From Methanocaldococcus sp. 28A (GTDB lineage Archaea; AGJL01; Methanococci; Methanococcales; Methanocaldococcaceae): a DNA stretch of 64,000 bases. The translations under genes and the position numbers were made by a program. Below, one piece after another: positions 56,580 to 64,000 of the stretch. Each line of letters opens with the position of its first letter. The stretch's first letter is position 1. The stretch is from NCBI GenBank assembly GCA_049852185.1, contig CP187540.1; one strand, given 5' to 3'. The notes beneath the pieces were generated by a model. It saw only the letters and a list, made by a program, of their open reading frames with translations. It was not told the DNA's origin and did no database searches.

Positions 56580-56670
56580 GGACTTTTGCTGTTTATATAT
56601 TTATGGTTTATATATTTATGATGCCTTTGGCATCAAATCTACCTTTTAATATTTATTCCTGTGGAAGTCC
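56580..56670. repeat. Family B element, reverse orientation (91 bp)
   Basis: TA-GGACTTTTGC...GATGCCTTTGGCATC...GTGGAAGTCC-TA. Confidence 0.85.
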
Positions 56671-56762
56671 TAATGATAATTTTTTATGGAAGTTTAATAA
56701 AGTTCATTTTTGTGGCACAATTATAACCATCAAAAAGAATAAAAAATAATTTAGTTAATATA

Positions 56763-56854
56763 GGACTTTCACAGGAATAAATATATTTTATTATTGAATA
56801 CAGACTCCTAAAGGTATCTAAGTTCCTTATTCAATATAAATACTGAGAAAGTTC
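56763..56854. repeat. Family B element (92 bp)
   Basis: TA-GGACTTTCACAG...CTGAGAAAGTTC-TA. Confidence 0.85.
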
Positions 56855-56896
56855 TATAATAGAAAACCAAATAACCTCATAAAAAATGGTGAAGAA

Positions 56897-58237
56897 ATGA
56901 GAGCTATAATAGTAGGGAGTGGAGCTGGTGGATTAACAACAGCATCAACAATTAGAAAATACAACAAAGAGATTGAAATAGTTGTAATAACAAAAGAAAA
57001 AGATATTGCTTACTCACCTTGTGCAATTCCTTATGTTATTGAAGGAGCAATAAAAAGCTTTGATGACATTATTATGCACACCCCAGAAGATTACAAAAAA
57101 GAAAGAAACATTGAGGTATTAACTGAAACCACGGTTGTAGATGTTGATTCAAAAAATAACAAAATAAAGTGCGTAGGTAAAGATGGAAATGAGTTTGAGA
57201 TGGATTATGATTATTTAGTTTTAGCTACCGGGGCTGAGCCATTTATCCCACCAATTGAAGGAAAAGATTTAGAAGGCGTTTTTAAAGTTAGAACTATTGA
57301 GGATGGAAAAGCAATATTAAAATACATTGAAGAAAATGACTGTAAAAAAGTTGCTGTTGTTGGAGCTGGAGCTATTGGTTTAGAGATGGCTTATGGTTTA
57401 AAGAAAAGAGGTTTAGATGTCTTAGTTGTTGAAATGGCTCCTCAAGTGTTACCAAGATTCTTAGACCCAGATATGGCTGAAATCGTTCAAAAATATTTAG
57501 AAAAAGAAGGAATTAAAATTATATTATCAAAACCATTAGAAAAGATTGTTGGAAAAGAAAAAGTTGAGGCAGTTTGTGTTGATAAAAAGCTATATGATGT
57601 TGATATGGTTATAATGGCTACTGGTGTAAGACCAAATATAGATTTAGCAAAAAAAGCTGGCTGTAAAATAGGAAAGTTTGCAATAGAAGTAAATGAAAAG
57701 ATGCAAACCTCTATTCCAAACATCTATGCTGTTGGAGATTGTGTTGAAGTTATAGATTTTATAACTGGAGAGAAAACTTTATCCCCATTTGGAACTACAG
57801 CTGTAAGGCAAGGAAAAGTGGCTGGTAAAAACATAGCTGGAGTTGAGGCAAAGTTTTATCCAGTTTTAAACTCAGCAGTTAGTAAAATAGGAGAGTTAGA
57901 AATTGGAGGAACTGGATTAACCGCATTCAGTGCAAATTTAAAAAGAATTCCAATAGTTATAGGAAGAGCAAAGGCATTAACAAGGGCAAGATACTATCCA
58001 GGAGGAAAAGAAATTGATATAAAGATGATATTCAATGAAGAAGGTAAAGTTATTGGATGTCAAATAGTTGGTGGAGAAAGAGTTGCTGAAAGAATAGATG
58101 CTATGTCAATAGCAATATTTAAAAAAGTTAGTGCTGAGGAGCTTGCAAATATGGAGTTCTGCTATGCTCCACCAGTTTCAATGGTTCATGAACCATTATC
58201 ATTAGCCGCGGAAGATGTTTTAAAAAAGTTAAAATAA
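56897..58237 (+). CDS. NADH oxidase/CoA-disulfide reductase family flavoprotein
   Basis: GSGAGG, redox Cys in YSPCAIP, GAGAIG, YAVGD, YAPP. Confidence 0.92.
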   Translation: MRAIIVGSGAGGLTTASTIRKYNKEIEIVVITKEKDIAYSPCAIPYVIEGAIKSFDDIIMHTPEDYKKERNIEVLTETTVVDVDSKNNKIKCVGKDGNEFEMDYDYLVLATGAEPFIPPIEGKDLEGVFKVRTIEDGKAILKYIEENDCKKVAVVGAGAIGLEMAYGLKKRGLDVLVVEMAPQVLPRFLDPDMAEIVQKYLEKEGIKIILSKPLEKIVGKEKVEAVCVDKKLYDVDMVIMATGVRPNIDLAKKAGCKIGKFAIEVNEKMQTSIPNIYAVGDCVEVIDFITGEKTLSPFGTTAVRQGKVAGKNIAGVEAKFYPVLNSAVSKIGELEIGGTGLTAFSANLKRIPIVIGRAKALTRARYYPGGKEIDIKMIFNEEGKVIGCQIVGGERVAERIDAMSIAIFKKVSAEELANMEFCYAPPVSMVHEPLSLAAEDVLKKLK

Positions 58238-58256
58238 TTAAAAAAATAACTTAATT

Positions 58257-59207
58257 TTAACTTAATAACTTAATTTCTTCGTTATTTTTTTCCAATCCAT
58301 ATAAAACTTCTCCAAGACCTTCCCCAATTCCGTAACCCAAATAATATGTTAATCTAAATAATAATCCTCCATTATTGTCTAAACCATACTCAACAATCTC
58401 AGGATTTGAGACATTGGCAAGCTCTTCCAATTTTTTCAAAGCGGTTTCTTCTGTTCCTACCTCATCAACTAATCCTACTTTCTTAGCATCTTCTCCAGAA
58501 TATATTTTTCCATCTGCTATTTTTAGTGTATAATTAATTGATAAGTGTCTATGCTCTGCTACCCATTTAACAAAATCCATGTATGTTTCATTTATCATTT
58601 TTTGCAAATATTCTTTCTCTTCTTTAGTCATTGGTCTAAATGGCGAGCCAATATCCTTATACTTTCCAGCTTTTATTGTAGTTACATTTATACCAAGCTT
58701 CTTCATTAATCCATAATAATGTATTATATCCATTCTAACCCCAATACTTCCAACTATTGAATGCTTCTCAGCTACAATATAATCTGCAGGAACTGAAACC
58801 ATATAAGCTCCAGAAGCATCTAAACCCTCAACATAAACAACAACTGGCTTTTTCTTAGCAAGTTCTTCGACCTTTCTTGCTAATTTTTCACTTGCTATAA
58901 CCTCCCCTCCAGGTGAATTAACAATCAATAAAACACCTTTAACTGAATCATCCTTCTCCAAATTATCTAATAAATTTATATAATATCTTGCATCCTTTTT
59001 AGTTTCCGGGAAAATTCCATTTCCTTGATTATAGTCAAAATATATTTCATTGCATAAATAAACCTTAGCTATTTTCTCTCCACCAAACAAATTAAAACTT
59101 TCTCCTGATAAGCTCATGGCCAATAATATACCAGCTCCAACTATACAAATCAAAATTATAGAAAGTAGTAAAAGAATGACATAGATTTTTTTCATATTTC
59201 CACTCAA
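58257..59207 (-). CDS. sppA: Signal peptide peptidase
   Basis: NSPGG, ASGAY, GSIGV, GKYKD; N-terminal TM. Confidence 0.93.
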   Translation of the reverse strand: MSGNMKKIYVILLLLSIILICIVGAGILLAMSLSGESFNLFGGEKIAKVYLCNEIYFDYNQGNGIFPETKKDARYYINLLDNLEKDDSVKGVLLIVNSPGGEVIASEKLARKVEELAKKKPVVVYVEGLDASGAYMVSVPADYIVAEKHSIVGSIGVRMDIIHYYGLMKKLGINVTTIKAGKYKDIGSPFRPMTKEEKEYLQKMINETYMDFVKWVAEHRHLSINYTLKIADGKIYSGEDAKKVGLVDEVGTEETALKKLEELANVSNPEIVEYGLDNNGGLLFRLTYYLGYGIGEGLGEVLYGLEKNNEEIKLLS

Positions 59208-59313
59208 TTAATGTTTTTCAAGTTATGATTTATAGATATACCTTTCTTAATATATAAACAAGTCCCACCCATCTATCCCTATACATCACCGCCCCTAAGC
59301 ACTTAGTAATAAT

Positions 59314-60666
59314 TTATGGTAAAAAATTATATTTGAATCTTTCTTTCCCACCTATATTTTTAATTATATTTAAAAACTCCTTCTCAATATCTTTTAATTC
59401 TTCTCTGCTATATCCATAAATTCTAAATGTAATACTTTTGTATCCTTTTTTAATTTTATCTCCTTCATAAACATCAATTATTTCAATGTCAAAAACATTT
59501 TTTAATAAGTTTAAAATAACTTCCTCATCAACATCTTTTTTAAATAAAATTGAAATATCAATATATTTCCTCTCTAAATACTTCTTTTTTAGCTCCTTCA
59601 ACTCATCTCCAGAAAATACCTCAACTCTCAAAATATTAAACCGCTGCTTCTTACCATTTTTATCTAATATTAGATAATCATCTTCAATATTCTTTAAAAA
59701 CCCAAAATGAATAACATCTGAGTTTATATTTTTTACAGCAATCTCTTTTCCTATTAATTTATTTAATTTTTCAATCTCAGAAGATAATGCAAACACGGCT
59801 TTATCTGAATAATAAGCCCCTCTTTTTGCTTCGCCACCAAAATGCTTAGCAGCTTCTTTCATTATCTTAACAAATCCCTCTCTATCTTTATTTTTAACTA
59901 TCTCGCTAATTTCTTTACACTGATTTATAAATGTCTCATGAATTTCCTTTATTCTTGGATTGAACATTTGGATATCAGCGTAGAGATAAGGATTTTGCCC
60001 TATAATTCTTCCAATAATAGAAATCATCAACTCGTATATTGGAGAAGAAAATTTTCTAGATTCTTTTATATCAACATTAAGTTCTTTTAATGTAGCTCCT
60101 AATGAAATAAATGTAAAATGTGTTAATCCCTGCACAATACCCATAATTCTATCATGTTTTTGTGGAGAAATGACTATAACCTTAGCTCCTTCTTCTTTTA
60201 AAAAATTATAAACTTTCTTAAACCATTCACTCTTTTTATGCTTTTCAGATGGCGTTAGAATAACTACCTGCCTTAGCAAAGATGGAGTTGATGGACCAAA
60301 CATTGGATGAGTAGGGATAACAGTTACTCCCTCTTTAACATTTTCTTCCATAGTTCTTGCAGGGATTTCTTTAATTGAGGTTATATCCATCAATAAACAG
60401 CCCTCTCTAACATGAGGAGCTATTTCTTTAATAACTCTCTCTGTAACATTTATTGGAACTGCTACAATAACTATATCTCCTCTTTTAGTAGCCTCAATAT
60501 TGTTGTTAGTAAATTCAACCCCAAGCTCTTTCTCAACATTTTTACCCTTCTCTACATCTCTTCCAGTAACTATCACGTTAAATCCCTTATTTTTTAAATA
60601 TCTCGCAAACCATTTTCCTAAACCATCAGTACCTCCAATAATAGAGATTGTTAAATTTTTTTTCAT
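59314..60666 (-). CDS. tyrA: Prephenate dehydrogenase with a long C-terminal extension
   Basis: IIGGTDGLG, DITSIK, THPMFGP, HD..MG.VQGLTH. Confidence 0.92.
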   Translation of the reverse strand: MKKNLTISIIGGTDGLGKWFARYLKNKGFNVIVTGRDVEKGKNVEKELGVEFTNNNIEATKRGDIVIVAVPINVTERVIKEIAPHVREGCLLMDITSIKEIPARTMEENVKEGVTVIPTHPMFGPSTPSLLRQVVILTPSEKHKKSEWFKKVYNFLKEEGAKVIVISPQKHDRIMGIVQGLTHFTFISLGATLKELNVDIKESRKFSSPIYELMISIIGRIIGQNPYLYADIQMFNPRIKEIHETFINQCKEISEIVKNKDREGFVKIMKEAAKHFGGEAKRGAYYSDKAVFALSSEIEKLNKLIGKEIAVKNINSDVIHFGFLKNIEDDYLILDKNGKKQRFNILRVEVFSGDELKELKKKYLERKYIDISILFKKDVDEEVILNLLKNVFDIEIIDVYEGDKIKKGYKSITFRIYGYSREELKDIEKEFLNIIKNIGGKERFKYNFLP

Positions 60667-60702
60667 AAATCTCCCTCAACATTTTATTAATTAGTTATCC
60701 AC

Positions 60703-61218
60703 CTAAATAAGATTTAATAAAATGTAATTAACTAAAATTCCTAATATAGTTCCAGCGATAACTTGGGAAAATGTATGTTTCTTTAAATAAATCCTTGCAT
60801 AGCCAGTAATAATTATTAATATGAGATATAAGGAAGATAACCAAATGTTATTTGTAAAAGCATATATAAGATAAGCCATAGCTGATAATCCATAATTATG
60901 CATACTTATTTTCCAAAACTTTGTTATAATTAAAATTATTAACACATTAACAAGAAAGATTGTTATAAATTCACTCTTCCAAAATAAATTTAACAATACT
61001 AAATACCATAAAGTAAAAAATAATGGTATAATTCTATTTTCTTTATTTGGTATATCCCAAGATTCATTTTTTATTTTTGCCCAACAAATCCAAAAAACAC
61101 ATGGGATAAAAAATGCTATGTATAAAAGCAAATCAAATTTTGAAATAAGTAAAAATCCAATAAATAAAAATAATAGATACATTAAAGAGAATATTTGAAG
61201 AATCTTTTTTATGCTCAC
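60703..61218 (-). CDS. PAP2-like membrane protein
   Basis: [16 protein letters not shown]. Confidence 0.7.
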   Translation of the reverse strand: MSIKKILQIFSLMYLLFLFIGFLLISKFDLLLYIAFFIPCVFWICWAKIKNESWDIPNKENRIIPLFFTLWYLVLLNLFWKSEFITIFLVNVLIILIITKFWKISMHNYGLSAMAYLIYAFTNNIWLSSLYLILIIITGYARIYLKKHTFSQVIAGTILGILVNYILLNLI

Positions 61219-61222
61219 AATT

Positions 61223-61798
61223 TCACCAAAACATCATAAGTATCATATATCCAATTAGAGGTAGTCCTACAATTGCCCAAATTATAGGATTCCATCTTAA
61301 AACTTTTTCTCCATCAAATGGTGGAATTGGGAGCATATTAAAGCCTGCTAAAAATAGATTTATGTGAAATCCAAACTTTCCTATTAAATATAGTAATGGT
61401 ATATTATTAAAAATCAAAGCCAATATTAAAAATATAAATGCCAAAGCAACATTTGTTAAAGGTCCAGCTAAGGCGATTTTTCCATTTTCTTCATAAGTTA
61501 AGTAGTCTTTATAAATATATACAGCCCCAGGAGCTATAAAGGTAAATCCTAAAAAAATCTTTAATATTATAGCCAATATAAGCCCTTCATACCACGCTCT
61601 AAACTCACTCCATGCTCCATACTTCCTTGCAACTGTTCTATGCATTAATTCATGAAATACAAAGCCACTCCCAACGGCTATTAAACTAACAATAAAAATT
61701 AATATTGAAAGATTTGGATAAGAGAAAATAAAAGCAATAGCCAACACTGATACTATTAAATCAATTATCTCTCTCTCTGAAAATTTAAACATACTCAT
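61223..61798 (-). CDS. M50 site-2 protease family
   Basis: [19 protein letters not shown]. Confidence 0.92.
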   Translation of the reverse strand: MSMFKFSEREIIDLIVSVLAIAFIFSYPNLSILIFIVSLIAVGSGFVFHELMHRTVARKYGAWSEFRAWYEGLILAIILKIFLGFTFIAPGAVYIYKDYLTYEENGKIALAGPLTNVALAFIFLILALIFNNIPLLYLIGKFGFHINLFLAGFNMLPIPPFDGEKVLRWNPIIWAIVGLPLIGYMILMMFW

Positions 61799-61811
61799 TT
61801 TTTCACCTTTT

Positions 61812-62381
61812 TTAATAATATTTTACTTCCCTATCATATAATAATTTTCCTGATATTAGTCCCGTTATAAGTCCAGCTAAGTGTGTTATGTGTGCAATTC
61901 CTGTTTTTATGGAGTATGGAAGTAATATTAAATCAATAAGTGCAAATATAGCTACAGCTACTCTTATACTCACTGGAATTGGCAATGGAAACACAACAAC
62001 CCTTAAATGTGGTGATAGGATAGCCAAAGCTCCCATTATTCCAAATATAGCTCCAGAAGCTCCAACTGATGGATTGTAATCTCCCGTTAGATAAGCATAG
62101 ATGATATAAGCTAAATTTCCTATAATTCCTGATAATAAAAAGATTAAAAGATATTTTTTTGAACCAACCCTATTTTCTAAGTATGTTCCAAATATAAATA
62201 ATACGAACATATTCACCAATAGATGAGTTATATTTGCGTGCATAAATATGCTTGTAATTATCTGCCAAGGCATATAGGTAAAAAGATTTGGCCATAATGC
62301 AAAATAGTAATATAGTTGTGGCATAAAAACACTAACAATGAACATAATTATACAAATTCCAATTATTAAGAAATTCATCAA
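61812..62381 (-). CDS. Rhomboid intramembrane serine protease
   Basis: HLLVNM, GASG, catalytic His in THLAG. Confidence 0.93.
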   Translation of the reverse strand: MMNFLIIGICIIMFIVSVFMPQLYYYFALWPNLFTYMPWQIITSIFMHANITHLLVNMFVLFIFGTYLENRVGSKKYLLIFLLSGIIGNLAYIIYAYLTGDYNPSVGASGAIFGIMGALAILSPHLRVVVFPLPIPVSIRVAVAIFALIDLILLPYSIKTGIAHITHLAGLITGLISGKLLYDREVKYY

Positions 62382-62445
62382 TTTTATCCCCTTCCAATAT
62401 TTTAGAAGTAATTATTTGTTTTAATACTTATAAAAAGGTGATGAC

Positions 62446-63750
62446 ATGGAACTTAATATAACAGGCTTTATTCCCAAACATATGGAAAATAGAGGAAAAT
62501 TAACTTTAAAAGAAAATTTAAAAATTATTGAAAATATTTTAGAGCAAAGAAAAGTTCCTGAAAATGGAATTGATGAAGAGCATATAAAATTTTTACTAAG
62601 AATTTTATCCTTTATGGATACGGATAAAGACCCAAGTGTTATACAAATTGGTGAGAGAGAGGCAAGAGTTTATACTAAACTACAAAGAGAAGGAGTTTTT
62701 GATTTCTGTCATGGAGTTGGAAGGAGTGGAAATTTAACAGACCCTCAACCAAAAGCTCCTGGAGCAAGTGTGATGTATAAATTAACCAATAAATTGTTAG
62801 AGAATTTTTTAAAAACTTTAGGATTGAAAGTTAAAGCAATAGCAACACCTGTAGCTACAGGAATGAGTATTGCTCTATGCCTATCAGCAACAAGGAAAAA
62901 ATACCATTCAGATGTTGTTATCTACCCCTATGCAGCTCATAAAAGCCCTATAAAAGCAACTTCTTTTATAGGAATGAGGATGAGATTGGTTGAGACAGTT
63001 TTGGATGGGGATATTGTTAAAGTTGAAGTTTCAGATATTGAAGATGCCATAAGAAGAGAAATTAATAGTAAAAATAACCCAGTAGTTTTAAGCACTTTAA
63101 CTTTTTTCCCACCAAGAAAGAGTGATGATATTGAAGAAATTGCAAAAATATGCCAAGAATATAATATCCCACATATAATAAATGGAGCTTATGCTATTCA
63201 AAATTTCTATTATATTGAAAAGTTGAAAAAAGCTTTAAAATATAGAATTGATGCTGTAGTTAGCTCATCTGATAAAAATCTATTTACACCAATTGGTGGA
63301 GGATTAATATATACAAAGGATGAGAGTTTTTTAAAAGAAATTTCCTTAACTTATCCAGGAAGAGCCTCAGCAAATCCAATTGTAAATATTTTAATTTCTC
63401 TCTTAGCAATAGGAACTAAAAACTATATAGATTTAATGAAAGAACAAAAAGAATGTAAAAAGCTATTGGATGAATTACTAAAAGATTTAGCTAATAAAAA
63501 AGGAGAGAAGGTTTTGAATGTGGAAAATCCTATTTCATCATGTATAACAACAAAAAAAGACCCATTAGATGTTGCTGGTAAGCTTTACAATTTAAGAGTT
63601 ACTGGACCAAGAGGAGTAAGAAAGAATGACAAATTTGGAACCTGTTATTTAAAAGAGTATCCTTATGATTATATAGTTGTAAATTCAGCTATAGGAGTTA
63701 AAAAAGAGGATATCTACAAAGTTATTGAGAAATTAGATAAAGTTTTATAA
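62446..63750 (+). CDS. spcS: O-phosphoseryl-tRNA(Sec) selenium transferase (SepSecS)
   Basis: GEREAR, HGVGRSG..QPKA, SSDKN, YPGRA. Confidence 0.95.
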   Translation: MELNITGFIPKHMENRGKLTLKENLKIIENILEQRKVPENGIDEEHIKFLLRILSFMDTDKDPSVIQIGEREARVYTKLQREGVFDFCHGVGRSGNLTDPQPKAPGASVMYKLTNKLLENFLKTLGLKVKAIATPVATGMSIALCLSATRKKYHSDVVIYPYAAHKSPIKATSFIGMRMRLVETVLDGDIVKVEVSDIEDAIRREINSKNNPVVLSTLTFFPPRKSDDIEEIAKICQEYNIPHIINGAYAIQNFYYIEKLKKALKYRIDAVVSSSDKNLFTPIGGGLIYTKDESFLKEISLTYPGRASANPIVNILISLLAIGTKNYIDLMKEQKECKKLLDELLKDLANKKGEKVLNVENPISSCITTKKDPLDVAGKLYNLRVTGPRGVRKNDKFGTCYLKEYPYDYIVVNSAIGVKKEDIYKVIEKLDKVL

Positions 63751-63906
63751 ACTGTAGGAGGTCGTGCTGTATCGTGGTCATCTTCATTGAGCAAAAGCTC
63801 TCTCCCACGACTCGCCCTGACCTCCTTTACTGTTCCCCCAACTTCGAACCCGCTATCATCGCAACCTTAAATGGATATGCTCCATGTGGGTCGGTTCGTT
63901 GGGGAT
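63750..63906 (-). ncRNA. Two-hairpin H/ACA pseudouridylation guide RNA
   Basis: Two hairpins, each with lower stem, pocket, K-turn and ACA (63831-63833, 63753-63755); TTTATATA upstream. Confidence 0.9.
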
Positions 63907-64000
63907 AGATATATATCTTTAAGCAGTTATATAAAATTAAGTATTATTAATTTAATCATTTAACAAAGTGTATAAGAGGGTTCGAAACAGATTCTTAGTT

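Noticed and set aside
59260-59296. tRNA(Sec)-like 5' half
   Set aside because: No D-stem pairing and no T-arm
63975-64000. Possible IS end (GAGGGTTCGAAACAG) at the window edge
   Set aside because: No partner repeat within the window

Overview
AT-rich, gene-dense archaeal chromosomal segment. Gene content (methanogenesis marker 2, SepSecS, WtpA/GAPOR, Alba, archaeal r-proteins) and GGTGA/GGGG RBSs point to a hyperthermophilic Methanocaldococcus-like methanogen (inference, no database search run). About 70 housekeeping CDSs cover translation, RNA processing, nitrogen assimilation and cofactor synthesis. The RNA genes are tRNA-Cys(GCA), a box C/D guide, a two-hairpin H/ACA guide and an unassigned GC-rich ncRNA candidate. 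There are four decayed IS elements, one possible further remnant, and no CRISPR array. The most notable signal is in the intergenic DNA: about 20 copies or fragments of short non-autonomous palindromic elements. Family A is 110 bp (TIR TAGTTGTGTGCAAAA) and family B about 90 bp (TIR GGACTTTCGCA), both with TA target duplications; a third type is built from GNA-triloop hairpins. A nests inside B in the same orientation three times, the elements land in stop codons and rewrite one C-terminus, and they bracket a truncated cutA. Other highlights: a duplicated gene 3' end resembling an att scar, an ncRNA with two anti-RBS motifs, and two genes frameshifted at homopolymer or slippery runs.
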